Shown piece after piece: positions 24,430 to 37,344 of a stretch of 64,000 nucleotides of DNA. Positions within the stretch are counted from its first letter, which is position 1, and each line of letters begins with the position of its first letter. A model generated the notes under the pieces. It did not search any database. It was not told the origin of the DNA and saw only the letters and a program-made list of their open reading frames with translations. Position numbers and translations under genes: made by a program. Location: positions 10,478,001 to 10,542,000 of the forward strand of contig JAYWIR010000001.1 of the NCBI GenBank assembly GCA_036172245.1, read 5' to 3'. The stretch is from Raillietiella orientalis (lineage: Eukaryota).

Positions 24430-25625
24430 GGGTGTAAAACCGTGAGCAGCATATTTTCAAGAAAGCCTTGTGGGACGACGTAAGGTACTTGCGTCTGCCT
24501 CAAAGTCCCTTTGGCACCGCTCCGGGGTGCCGGCTGGGACTTGCTGGCCCTTTGAAGAAAGCGGAATGCCGGCGCAGCTCCGATAGCTGTCATTCCGTGC
24601 CAAACTGTGGAAGTCCTTGTCGTGCGAACCTCACCCTCCGGCCCTGCGCCGCCGGAAGCGACGGTCTGCCACTGCTGCATCGCAGCCGCCACCAGCCGGG
24701 AATGCCTGGCAGCAGGAGGCGCTCGAGTCCTGGGTTGCCTATTTGGAAGTGCGCCCAGAGGAACTGCATCACTACAGAACCTCCTACTCAAGACTGGAAG
24801 ATTTACTGCAAGGCTAGACTCAGTGGTTCAGCACGGCCTTTGGCGCAGCGCTGTCTTCCCTCGGTGCAAACGCTCACAGCGTCCAGCCAGCAGGATGAAA
24901 GTTGTCCTCCAGCATGGCAGGAGTCGAAGAATTGCCCCCGATTGTAGCAAGACGAGCAGGTTGGTGGACGGCGCCACTCCGTTCCCGGGCGAAGGGACTC
25001 CTCCGGTGGAGCAACCTGCTCGGTGTGCCTCCCCGAAGAACTCGCTGCCCCTCCCCTGCGTGCGGACATTTGTTTTCCCGCTCTGCTGGAAATCGCTAAA
25101 TATTCTGCTGCTTTTGCACTGGGATTTCCAGTGCAACCAGAGCAGGCGCCTGGTTCCTGGGGGAATCGCCTCTCCGAACTGTTTGAGGTAAGGGAGATGG
25201 GATCGTTCCCGCACCTCCTGCTGGACTGCAGCGCCCTCGAGGACATCTGGCAGAGACTCTCTTCCTACACTCAGAAGACACTTCGGAGGACTTATCGCAG
25301 CGATCCTTCGCAGGCGGATGACTCTCTTCGGGCTCGGTGATGGCAATGACCTGTTGCATCCGTCAAACGTGCTGGAGTCCCTGACGCAGCGAAGAGAGGC
25401 CGTCCTCATGGCAGCCCTCCCTGACGAAGACGGCTGCAAGGTGACCTGCCGGAAGAAGTCGCCAGGGAAATCGCCGCCATGCAGAGTCTGTTTGGGGAAC
25501 GAAGGATCGCTCCAGAAAAAGACCCCTGTCTTCTTTTTTTATTTATTCCTTGCCCTCTCCCTCCCTCTCCTGACCACCCTAAAAGCAGACCTGTGTGCCA
25601 GTAGTCATTCCCGTCGAACTCCCCC
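24430..25625 (+). mobile_element. LINE 3' fragment (subfamily B)
   Basis: ILLLLHWDFQCNQ...ASPNCLR..EMGSFPHLLLDCSALEDIWQRL across ORFs 24607..25191 and 25023..25340. Confidence 0.85.
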
Positions 25626-26149
25626 CTTTTGTTCATTTTTTCGGAGGAGGAACTCGAATTCCCTACTTGTGAGTTTATTTTAACGTCCTGGGAGCGAGCG
25701 GACAACACCATCCAGAGCGCCGACGCTTCGCGCATGCGCTCGCACTCGGTGAACCCGCTGTCGTGGAGGAGGTTCGCCGCAGCGCTAACTGCTCCCACGA
25801 GCCCGTGGACGCCTTCGAGAGAATTTTTCTGGAAAGTTCCTCTTCAGTCCATTTGTCGAGAGGGCGCTGCTATCGGCTCGGAGAGAACCTTTACGGACAC
25901 GACTTCCCTGCAGCCCACACCAAATTCCTTGCTACGTCTTTCCTTGTGGGTAGATGCTGCAGGGAAGAAAGATGTACGAGCATGAGCTGAGCAAATTCTG
26001 GCATCCGCTTCGAAGACGAAAGTCTTCATTCCATCCCATGAAAAAAAAAATTCTTAGTCTAAAATTATTGAGTCACTTGGGAGAAAAAACGATTTCATTT
26101 TGGCACTTTGAAGAACTCATCGAAACCGAAGGGGTGTTTCTGGAAAACT

Positions 26150-26345
26150 TCCGGGTTCCCAAGTTGTCTCGGGTCAGCAGCATGTCTCCTCGAGATGCGG
26201 AACTTCTTTTCATCTTCCCATTGCTCTTGGAGGGTGATCGGGGATCGTTCCCGCACCTCTTGTTGGACTGCAGCACCCTCGAGGACATCTGGCAGGAAGA
26301 GAGTCTCTTCCTGAACTCGAATGACACTTCGGAGGACTTGCCGCA
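26150..26345 (+). mobile_element. Short LINE (subfamily B) zf-RVT fragment
   Basis: GSFPHLLLDCSTLEDIWQ in ORF 25954..26364. Near-copy of 25199-25300. Confidence 0.75.
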
Positions 26346-26360
26346 GCGGAGGTTTTGTGG

Positions 26361-26946
26361 TTAAGGCTTCCGCGCGTGGTACCATGCGACGCGGGATCGA
26401 ATACTCCGGCTCTGGAGAAGAACCATTCCTGATCTCAGCCTTCCACGTCTTCGGTTCTGCCGAATGGCACGCTGCAGTTCTGAAAGTGTTTCGCAGCAGA
26501 CTCGCGAAGCGATGGTTGTTCCAGGCTCCATAAACCCCACCAAAAGCACATCCTTCTGGTCCCACAGACTACTGTCCGCACAATAGGGAAGTTCAAATGA
26601 GATCTTTTCGTTATCACCCACCCTACAGTGGGTGATAACGAAACCCACCCCAGTGACTATCACGTCTTCCTGCACCTCAAGAAGTGGCTCAACGGCTCGA
26701 GGGGGAACGGGAGGAGTTGAAAACTGCAGTGCTGCTAAACTGGTTGAACTCCCAGGCGGAGGAATTTCATGCAGAGGGTTTTAAAAAACTTCTTCCACGG
26801 CATCAAAAGCGGTTGGAAAAAAAATGCCGACCACGTGGAAAAGTGACATGGGATGCTTGTGCTTCGAGCCACTCATACATTTTTGTTTCCCTTACTTGTT
26901 CTTTCTTCGTATCCAATCGGCTCTTGCTTTTGAGATGAGCCTCGTA
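26361..26946. mobile_element. Rearranged mariner transposon remnant with right TIR
   Basis: Minus 26361-26570: WDQKDVLLVGFMEPGTTI...CETLSELQRAIRQNRRRGRLRSGMVLLQ. Plus 26572-26847: KFK*..HPPYS..PSDYHVFLHLKKWL...EELKTAV..NWLNSQAEEFHAEGFKKLLPRHQKRLE. TIR-like end ...TTTTGAGATGAGCCTCG followed by TA at 26945-26946. Confidence 0.9.
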
Positions 26947-27089
26947 CATGCTATGGAACCCTTACATCCATACCCAAGTATAACACTGTGTAAACTACTG
27001 CAACCTCTGTCCTCACATATATAGCAAGCTCCCCTATTATTCCCAATCTCAACAGATAATTTAATGAGGTCAGTTACTTCGCTTCCCTA

Positions 27090-27480
27090 GTATTAAGCAC
27101 AGGAAACGAACACCTTCGCTGATGTTGCGCTCAGGAAATCGAGGCCTGCTATCCCTAAATTTCCTTTCAGAGAGAAGAAGAATGGGTGCCCTACTTTTCC
27201 AGGAATACGAGAAGAAGAGCTGCGAACTTCTCACCGCTTTCCCACCTACCGATCCGCGCTGCTGAATTCCTGGATGCCGCCGAATCGTTTTGTTTCCTGC
27301 CATCTCCAAAGCGCGAAGGGGCGTCATTGGCGACTGAGTTCAGGGATAGCAGGGCTACCCATCCTTCCGTTCCCTGCTTAGACGGAGCCGGAGTGAGGCG
27401 ATTCCACATTGGCTCCTTCATTTCCGTGTTCCCTCTACTCCTCTGTCCTTGCAAAACCTGCTCGAAGATATCGATCGGCT
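27090..27480 (-). mobile_element. Probable LINE ORF1 (gag-like) remnant
   Basis: SRFGDG..TIRRHPGIQQRG..FSYS..KFRDSRPR follows the Tx1-like ORF1 pattern FGxV...GxR...PSY...YxGQP. Very degenerate. Confidence 0.35.
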
Positions 27481-29439
27481 TTCACCATTTCGAAAACAAA
27501 CGAACAAACAAACAAAACAAAGGCGAGCTGTTCCGGATCGAGCCCGCCCTATGATTTCGGAGCCATGCAGTCTTTGGATTCGATGGTGGAGATTCTGCTA
27601 GAGTGCTCCTGGATCATTGCGACAAGGTCGGACTCACCCATGCAATAAAACCGCAGACGCGGGTTGCGCGAGAGCGTATTCCGTGGACCGGAAAACTGAG
27701 GATTCCATGAGGAGCGTTTTTCGCAGAAATCCCTCCCCGACACGCTGAGCCGGCCGCTTCCCATTTAAGATCACGAAACCCACTCTTAGATAATCCCATC
27801 GGTGGCCCAGTTGTCATCGGGTTCCGTTCCGTGCTGCACGTTTTTGGGGTTACCTTGTGAACGCGCGCGTGGTCCCTGTCTTTTTCCAGCATCATGCCTC
27901 CCGGTACGTGAAGGGCGAGTCCCCTCCTCGTCTTCGGGCAGGGTAGAAGGAATCACTTCTCCTCTTTTCCTCCCTGGCTTTTCGAAACTTGATTTCGTTA
28001 CTTTGTTGATGCGCCACACGTCAGTCCTCTTTCGACTCATCTATTTCTACGGTGCTTCCAAAATGGAAAGCCACTCAGTCAAACAGATGAGTGGCACATA
28101 ACAATTTCCTTTAAACCTGATGGGAGCAAAAATGAGACTTCCGCCCATCGGGGAGATAGGAAAAATAGGGCAGAAGGTGCAGGACGTGCAGGACGAAGCT
28201 CCCTAGCTCTGCTGATAATCTTGCACGCTGCTTCATTATTCCAGAAACCACTGAAATCTTAGCACGCTCAAGGAGTGATCGAGCACAGTCGGAATGCGTG
28301 TGATTTTCTACGGGAGGAGTGACGAAACGACGATCTTCGGTGCAAATGCCGCGTTGCATCCAAAAGGATGCAACTGCGCCAAAGACTGCGTTCCGGCATG
28401 GCAAGCAAATTTTCGAGTTTTCTTGCGCCGTGATGGCGTTCCCTTCACAGAAGGTCCTGTCAACCGTTCCGCTTGTTACTTGAAGATCAGCTTCATCCTG
28501 ATTGGTCAGTCGGAGTTTCACAGGAAACTCCAAACGCAACTTTTCAAACGTGGAATTTCAAAACCTGGAGGTGGGAGATGCCTTCCTCATGGAAGGCTGG
28601 GCTCTTCAGGGGGGAATACTGAAACAACACTAAACACAGTTGAAATTTGGAGCACGTATGGCCAAAAGTCCGAAGGCAGAAAAAGCGCAGAGAAGGCGTT
28701 GAAGGAATTTCCATTTGGGGTATCAGGTCATTGCTTAGAAGTCGAGAAGCTGCAGATGTAGCTTTGAAAACCCACGTAGAAGTCAGATTGGAGGAAGCTT
28801 CCTGTGCCACGCTTGGGCTGGATTCGGAAGGCACTTTTCGGGGCTCTGCACGGACACACGGCGAGACACTGGTGTTTTTCAAGTCAAGTCGTTTCGCACT
28901 CACTGACGCAGGTGTTGGCTCTCACGTTCAGCCACTTTCGATCTCCCCAGCCAATCATTCAGGATAGAAACACCTTCTGGTGAAGCTGGGTACAAACGTG
29001 GTTTCGGGGACGGAAGGAGACAAATCCAGAAAGCACCTTCGTTCAGGGGCCACATGGCCATACTTTCCTTGGATATTCACGGAACTGATCAGAACAGTGT
29101 ACAAGGATCTGAAAACTTCAATGAGTCAATCCTAGAGGGAAATCCTTTCTTTAGATGCAGGAGGAGCGTTTGATAATCGGGCTGCGAATTCCCTCATCTT
29201 CACGAAAACCTAATGGAACGAAGATGAATTTCTCAAAATCGGGTGAAGTTCAAATGGAAAAAAATTCTTGGGAAAAATTTTCCTCCTTCTTCTGCTAGCA
29301 GGGTAAGATGCAAGTTTGGGGGATGATGAAACGGGAAACCCAGTAGTAAACAACTCATGAAACATGAGGCGATTCTAGGCAAGGTGTTTCGTGGCACCAG
29401 AAAACCAGATAGGGTGTCAGCGTGCCAACTCGACGGGTT

Positions 29440-30100
29440 CTTTCTTAAAGGCTCAATTTTTGGCTTCGTTTTTCGTCGCTTTTCGTGGGTCTTTGCTCCA
29501 GCATCCATTTCAGCAGAGCAGTGGCATAGCAAACGATAGGCGATGAATCCCAAGTTTGGCACGGCAGCAGTCAACCTCGGGTTGCCCACCAAAAGGCTAC
29601 ACGCCGTTCGCAAACACGGGCACAGGTATAAACTTGTCCTCTTCAGAACACTCTCTGGTGTTTGTACTTTCTCAGTACACATGTTTCAGACTGAGATTCT
29701 GGAAGAACATTCTCATCGCGAAACTCTCCAGACGCTTCACTTCAGCTCACTACTCATGCTGCCTTGTCAGTGGAGGGACGTCTTCAAAATGGTAATTTGC
29801 TGCTCCAAGATTCCTAAGAGCAGTTTGGTCCTGCTCTGGGAAGCAAGCAACAGAGGAGTTCGAGCTGGATCACTGATCTCTTACTTTTTCGTTTCAGTTT
29901 CGAGTTGGTGTTCTACACAGACAGCTAGCGTGTCGGCATCACTAGCCAAGTAATTCATAGATGCCAGCAGAGTTCGTTTCCGGAAAATCGATAGCACGGA
30001 GGATTCGCCGATAGCAACGCAGAGCTGCAGAATTAGCGGATTTTCCACTGTGACTATCGGCCCACTGCAACCTGTTTCGCAGGAAATGCGTGCAATCGAA
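29440..30100 (-). pseudogene. Decayed hAT transposase C-terminus (dimerisation domain)
   Basis: MNYLASDADTLA, then FWWATRG / VPNLGFIAYRLL / CWS / THEKRR across frameshifts (cf. WW...PxLxxLAxRxL...ERxWS...IHTKRRNRL). Confidence 0.5.
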
Positions 30101-30109
30101 ATTCTAGGG

Positions 30110-30420
30110 ACACGCCACTGCACCGTTGCAAGTTCTTCTCGATGCTTCTGAATCACAGTGCTCGAGGGTATCCTTCCGACAGCGGTAGGCTTTCTTCTGG
30201 CTTCGGTTTCATCCGGAGTCTCAATCCTGAAACGAAATCGCATCTCCGGACGTGGGTGTGCTCTCTCCCGTGTACCACCACGGGCATCCGGTGGCAGACC
30301 AACAGTTCCGGTCACACCGCGGTGCTGCGAGAGGAATGCGTTGCCTTGGCTACGCACATCTCTGTTCCTTCGCTGTGGAACTTCAAGAACAGAACGTGGC
30401 AAGAGCGTGCAGAGCTTGCG
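30110..30420 (+). mobile_element. Probable LINE ORF1 remnant
   Basis: PVYHHGHP...MRCLGYAHLC (cf. VxYxGQP..CxxCxxxGH). Confidence 0.35.
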
Positions 30421-31959
30421 CGTGGAAAGTTCTGAAATCCGTGGGCGAAGAAGACTTTTCGTTTGCTCCGTCTGCGTCTTACGAGAATACCTAATTCTGG
30501 GAACGCTTCGCCATCTCCGGCTGCCGAGCAGCGCTCCCACTTAAAAATGCATGGTGGAGGATCCCAGCTGCTTACAAAAGCGGACAGAAAAAGATGCCGT
30601 TTAAATGATAAATGTCCAGAGCAACGGTTTCACTACCTGTCTCCGAGCATCCCTCAGCATCCAGAAGGAATTATCTTGTGAGGTCACGCAAGAACGTGAT
30701 CCGTGATTCTTTGACAAACAAAAAAAACACGACTATGTGAACTTTGAAGGGCATCAGTGGCCTCATACTACAAACTGGACTGATGATACCCTTCGAACAG
30801 TTCTTTTTTCAAATACAACTAACATTGGTTTCTTAAGGAAGTTGAATGTCTGCCTATTAAAAACCCTAAAACAATTTTCCTTTTACCGATTATTGTTTCA
30901 TGGAATCGTTTTTCATACATATATTTTTTTTTGGCAACTTTTTTAGCAGCTTTAGCACTTTCAGCTGTTACAATACAAGCTTTCCCTATTAACGATAGGC
31001 CATTCAGCGGATTTAAGTGCACGGCAGCACTCATCTAACAGTTTGCTTTGCATCTTAACAGGGCGTCCTCAAAGATGTCTGTCGATAGCCTTATTATGGT
31101 AGACTCTCAGACGTGCTTTGTCCTTGGGGATACCAAGGTGTCCGCAAACACGTACTGAAAGCGCAGCAAAGAATAACACGAATTGTGGTTGTTGCTGATG
31201 GCGGTTTCAGATTGAACAAGAAGAGAGAGAACAACAACAACAAAAAAAAAAAGCATCCTGCACGTGTGCTCCTTCAGATGAATATTTCGGTGGCATGCGG
31301 TTCTTCCTCTAAAGTGAATTGTCGACTGACTTTTATTATCATGATCTCGTCAGCTGCGCACGAAATGAATGGTGAATGATGACCACCATCGATTTAAAAT
31401 TTAACGGTTGAGAAAAAGGATGCTTTCCGTTGATTGAAACCCTCGCAGGGAGGAAACCGGTCTCTCGAATGTCTGTACGGCAACGGAGACCTCGTATGAA
31501 GATGGACTTCCCCGGATGGCACCTCTTTGCTGCGGTGCACCAGAAAAGGGTCGTTAACGGACCTTTGGACGCGGCGACGGCAGCCAGCCCGATTTCTTGG
31601 CGGCTCCTTGCATTTTATCCCGGCACTTCGGAAACAGGTATCGAATCTACCCGGCTACATGATCCGTGAAATTCAGATTTTCGCCGTCATTTGGATCCAG
31701 AACCTCGCACAATCTATGAGTTTTCCAAATGGTGCTGAATGCTGTACATTATTCATAAGGAGGCATTTCTTTTCGTTGCAATAACAACGCGAAAATTATG
31801 CAATGCATTCTTGGAACTTAATTGAAAAATCTTCTGGAACTGAAAAATCAATAAATTACGAGAACTGAGATGGGATGTCAGGAGCTGAAATAATGAAACG
31901 TTTATGAAGCGAACGGGGGATGGAAAACTGGGGAAAATTTTTCGATAGGGCTGCGTACT

Positions 31960-32380
31960 GGTTGTGCTGATGGAGGGAGGACAGGGGTCCGTGGATCAGT
32001 TGTGGATCAGAGGTTCGCGATCCGGCCGGATTCTTAGCCAGGTTGCCTGCTCCAACGCGATACTTTCACTCGGATTGGAATTTTCGGTTTCGGCCCCCGC
32101 AGAGGCGAGGATGGAAAACAGATGGCAAAGAGCCGCTGCGCCGTGGCAGGACGGGCCCCAGCCCTTCCCCGGGAACTGCGCTTTCCAAGAACTAGGCAAC
32201 CGCGTTGATGGCCGCTGCGAAACGTCTTCCCGAAGTCGGGACAGCAGTGGTCACTTCGCCTCGTCCACGTTCGTTGCGGTACGAGCGGTCACGCCTGGCC
32301 GCAACACAATCCCTGTTTGCTTTCTTCGGGTCCGTTTCCCGTGTCTACCGTGAGGAAAGATGACTTCCCCTCACTGGCGC
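31960..32380 (+). mobile_element. Probable LINE ORF1 remnant
   Basis: ORF 31964..32353: DGRCETSSRSRDSSGHFAS (degenerate CCHC knuckle), followed by DFPSL. Confidence 0.35.
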
Positions 32381-33379
32381 CGCTGCGCTCCTGAAACGCT
32401 TCGTGCGAGCAGGTGTGATTCGTGTGTGATTTCCTTGAGAAGCCGGAGAGCCGACCTCGCAGGCTTTAAGCCACGATCCGGCAGACCTCAACAGGTTAGC
32501 ATCGTCTTTTATGGCTGCCCTCATCAGCGCACGACACATTCCCTCCCCGATTTGGTTCGCAGAGAGGAATCCTGTTTTCATGGCCTTTTATGAGCCCAAC
32601 ACGTATGCCTTCCGAAGGCACTCACGCTGAAAGAACTGCAAGAGTAGTCCCAGACGATTTCACCAGCCTGAGGGATGAATGAAGCGAAAGTAGACGCATT
32701 AATTTACACCACTTATTTTAGATAGTAATTGTCTCGAACGTAGATGGTTACATGAACAGGAAAAAGGAAATTCAATTTGTGGGACAAAATGCCCTTTTTT
32801 GTTCTTTTATTTTCATCAGAAATTTCAGGGTCCCACGAGAAAACTGTTGACACTTCCTGCTTGCGATCCGCCGAATTCATGAGGAACGTTCTAAAAAAAA
32901 AGTGAATACTGAATTCCCAATGGCTCTATATTGTGGTCCAGATGTAGAATGCAAACATTCTGAGAGGCCAATTTATCCGAAGAGGGCGAAGCCGATGAAC
33001 CGATCCCATGTGAACGACTCTTCAGTGATCCATACTTAACAACTCATTTTCATTATGGAGGGAATGATAGTTTTTGGTCAATCATCATTGCGAACTGATG
33101 AGGGTAGGAGTGGATCCGGTTGCGTAGCAACTTTCTTCTTTGGAAGGTATGGCTTTTTCATTTCAGGATCTGGAGGACCTCCTGCTTTGAAACAAAAGAC
33201 TGCGATTCTGTAGCTTTTGATGTGTGCTCTTTGAAAATCATCTCTCACCATGATGTGAAGGAAGTCGACAGAAGAGCTACGGGAAGCTGTGAAGCGCAGA
33301 TGTAATCCTGAGTCACACCGAAAAATCCCGCCAGAAGAAATTCCGACTGCACCTGCCCACGGGCTGCTACAAGAACAAA

Positions 33380-34860
33380 ACGCTACTTGGGAGGAGAATG
33401 GTCACGCGGTGTACTGTTTCTAGGTCCCTTTGAGATGACAGATCAGATAAGAACTACACAAATAACTAATTAGCATCAGCAGCAGAAATGCTCGACTACT
33501 CGAGGAACTTTGGAGCAAAGCATCTTTTCTCTTCTGACAGAGTGCACGACTGAACTCTTCCGATGACAAACAAAAGCAACCGTGTGAATGCGCGCTCATC
33601 TGCATGGATCTTAGTGAGAAGTCACCTCTATTTTTTTCATCCACTTTCTTGAAGAATGGCTGCATTTCTGGGAAGAGTTCCATTTGAAAAACAAACGTCC
33701 CAGCTCAATGTTCCAAAGTTTTCAAAGCTCGGTTTAGTAAAAATTCTCTTGAAGATACGTAGAAAAAAAAAAAAACTTTCACAAACTCCTGCAGCAGTGG
33801 GAGCATAAAGCATTCTTCTCCTCTCCGCGCAAGGAGCAGTCTAAACTTCGACACTTTTGAGCGATGCCCAGCTCAGCAGTGAAGAGTTGTGACTGCATAC
33901 AGAACTGGATTCAGCCTCAGGAGTGGAAAACCAAACGTCAACGTGTTCCTATGGGTACGAAGAATTCCATTTGGTTTTTTTTTTTTTTTTTTGCATCTGT
34001 TCAGGTGGCATGACACTTTTTGGAGACTTTTGGAATGTCGCCTCGCATTTCCTTGGATGACATGAGAGAATATCGGTTGGGACCAAAGTGGGAAAACACA
34101 TTAAAGCAGATGACCGAGCAGCTTCGCTTCCCTTACAGAAATCGCGCCTTCGGAGTACGCCTGTGATTTTGCAAGAATTCCGCATCATCAGAAAATGAGT
34201 TCAGCGGCTTTTTGCAACTATGCATAGAGGGTTCAAGAATCGTTAGTTACACTAAGGCACATCTCATCAACCAACTCATAGTTTGTATGAAGCCAGAAGA
34301 GGTCTTCTTCGTCTGCTAGGAAGGGAACCCATGGCAGAGTGATGATCGCAGAATCCACTGCTCGCTTAAGACCACAGCGGAACAATTCAGCAATTCTTGG
34401 TCTCTTTCCTTTCGGGGAAGCCAGAGTCGTGGTCATTGAAATGCGCTGGTGTCCCACACATTACTGACTGTAACAGTTGCGGGTTGTGGTAACGATTTCC
34501 TAAGAATCCAGCAATTCACCAAAACTCAATTGTAAAGTGGCATCCACCAGTTGCTTCCGACTGCATCTTGCGAGCCGTGAATTTGGCTCAGTGTTGACCA
34601 CTCAAGAGCATCGTTCGGTGGCTGACATGGAGACACCTCTGCTTCCAATGCTACCAAGGACAGAAGCATAGCGAAATTATTCAGTGAGGTTTACATGAAT
34701 GTTTCTTCCTAGAATCGATTCTGGTGATATCTTTTCTTTTACAGAATGCTATTTTTCGAGGACAAATTCAGAAGTGAAGACGTAATCTTTTTGTCTGAGA
34801 CTCCAGCCCTTCCCTTTGAAAGTTCCGTTGTCAAGGAGAGCTGTTTGTTGCTCAGCTCGA
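33380..34860 (-). pseudogene. Decayed hAT-like transposase remnant
   Basis: Long stop-punctuated minus frame with TTLASPKGKR, DEEDLFWL, TILEP, CHPRK, SSSSSRAF and VISKGPRNS in hAT order (cf. SSAxxERxFS...IHSKxRNRL). Confidence 0.4.
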
Positions 34861-35199
34861 TCCTCGCGCCGGGAGATACGCTCGCGAAGGAGGGCTCCCA
34901 GCGCCCAAGGTGTGGTGACTGCCACGAGTACTAATCGTGATCCTCAGCTTCTCGACCGCACCACTGTGCAAAAGTGAGCGACCGTCCTTTTGAGGCCACG
35001 CCTGACCGGGTCCATTTTCCTGCTTGCTGGTATCCAGCAACAACGCCGCGGGGCTAGTCACTAGCGTCTATGCAGAATTTTCCTGGAATGCATCGTGTCG
35101 TCGGGAGTGTCAGTTGTGAAGGTGGATGAGTCTCGAAGGCATTAAACGAGTCCAACCGATCCATCTCCAAATCACCTGAAAGGGTCATGGCAAAAAAAA

Positions 35200-37250
35200 T
35201 TCTCTGTTAATTGGATTGAACGTGAATTTCTATTCCGTAGTGGATAAGAGGGGCGAGACGCCGCGAGGTGGTATGACCTCGTTAAGGAAAGCGAGAATCC
35301 TGGTGAATGGCGACCCTTGTTTCCGGTCTCGTGGTTCATTCCTTTTACTTCTGGAAAAGTGAACATGATTTTTTTAGGAATTTCACTTTGGAGAGAGGCA
35401 CAAAAAGATGCAAGTGAGGAAGCAGTCCCACGTTGGCGGCAGAATTCCTTGGACAATGTGCGTTCCGTGTCTACTCTTGGAAGCGAACGAACTCGAAGCG
35501 ATCAGGAAAAAAAGTGTCCACTAAAGGAAGCTTCAAACTATATGGAGTGTGAAAACGAGCCTTCGAGTCTGACCCACTCCTATTCTGTCGTTACAACAAT
35601 TCCGGCCCAAGTATGGTGAGCGAGTAGCACAGCGAGGAGGGAGTGAAATGGCAAAGAAGCAACACGAACCTTGAATCCATCAGAAGTGAGGCTGGTAATA
35701 CGAGAGATGCAAGCATGACAGTGATAAGCACGATCACAATGATAACAGTGGCAAGAGAAATGGCAGTAGGATGACCAACAACGGATGACAAGAAATGACG
35801 AATGACGGCATACAAGGGATTCCCGAGAGGCGCGAGAAGCAAATGAAAGAAAGTGTGAGGGAGTTTGCAGCTTTGCAGTAGAGAGAAATGCTGGAGATGA
35901 TCTTTTCAACGCTTAGAGGTCGAGATGGACTCGGGAAAGATCTCAATCGAACCACGTAGTGCACCTTCTGTTTGAGCGATGTGGTTGCAACCAGAGGCAG
36001 CGAAGGGTGTCGGAAACGCTAACGCGCTCTCCACTGTCAACGGGAAGGGAAAGGACCTAGGAACGAATCTACAGGAATTCAATGATTTTGCGGCAGGAAG
36101 ATCCAATGCTGCAAGGAAGGGTGGAAGGAAAAAGTCGGTGCTTCGGGAAGATCCGCTCAATAATCTTTTCCTTCGAGCAAGACAGATCCGGCTTGCAGTG
36201 CACTGGAGAAGGATTCTTCCTCTTTTGAGATCCCCGAAGTCTCCTGAATAGGAGCAAAGAAAATAAAAGGGAAGAAGTTTTTACGGAAGCCAAGCTTGGA
36301 AGTCCGAAGTTTTAATCCCGAGGATGGAGCGAGTCGTGGACAAAAGTCTCTAGGAAGAAATGGACGGCTACGCGCATCGTCTGGGTGTCTGGTTCGCATG
36401 CTACAAGAAATGATGGAGAAGCGGCTTCAGCATTTCCCAGCTGGGATGTGAGGTGTACAGCACGACTCTAAGGCTTTGCAGGTTTTCCAAGATTTGGGTC
36501 ATGTTATGATATTCCAGTCACAGACGCATGTTTCACAGGGCGCTCATTTCTTGGAAACGAAATTCCCCTAGCAACGGTCAAATTAAAATTGCGAAAGTAC
36601 TCGCAAACTTAGGAGGTTCGTAACGACTTGGTAAAGACAAGCCAGAAATAAGACACCAGAAAAAAGGATTAGCCAGTGGCTATCCAGATGGAAGCTACGG
36701 GGCGAAAAAGAGCAGTTTTGACGAATAACCATGAGGTTATCAGGGGTAATCTTTCGCGGTCCTAGGGCAAAAGAGTGGACGTTTCGTAGCTCAAGAAAAA
36801 TGGCAGAGAAACTGAATATTCGATGCGATCTCTGTGGAGCTCAAAGGTAGCTCAAAGATCTCCATGCTGGCAACATGGCAACGCTCGCAATCAATCGATC
36901 ACCGTGTCAGAGTTGATGCACTGCTGATAAGGTTCTCTTTTAAAGGCAGATGAACGAGAAAGGTTCCAATCTGGAGCCGGTTCGCAGGAGTTTACAGAGA
37001 TGAGACTTGTTGCACGCTGGGAAGCACCAAAAATCCTTCTTGATGCTCGCTCAGCCCGGTCGAGATCATACCCACTGTGATCCGAAGATGCTTCGCGTCA
37101 TCCATGGAAATGAGGGTCACCGGAAGAATCAGAGATCAGCTCACGGATCCTGAGATTTAGGGTTGGATGATCCGACAGAGCAGCAGCCTCTGTGGAACTG
37201 TCAATTCAGCAGGAGGGAAACCACGTGACTTGATTCCACCCAACATCATA
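35200..37250 (+). pseudogene. Decayed BEL/Pao LTR-retrotransposon pol remnant (protease-RT-RNase H region)
   Basis: Ordered degenerate motifs: NAARKGG (cf. FDASAK), PLNNLFLR..RILPLLR (cf. SLNDxLxxGP..ILxRFR), GYPDGSYGA (cf. YVDD..GA), GRFVAQEKWQRN (cf. GGFxLRKWxSN), LG(W)DDP. Confidence 0.45.
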
Positions 37251-37344
37251 ACGTGCGCGCCTCCGGCACTGTTCTCGAGGTTCCGAGTGAAGCACGGTCC
37301 CCGCGAAGAGGATCGACTTTACCAGATGCCCTTCCTCATGCTTT

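Noticed and set aside
35591..35964. Hydrophobic, membrane-protein-like ORFs on the minus strand
   Set aside because: They are antisense to a purine-rich stretch inside the putative BEL/Pao relic, and the hydrophobicity follows from base composition.
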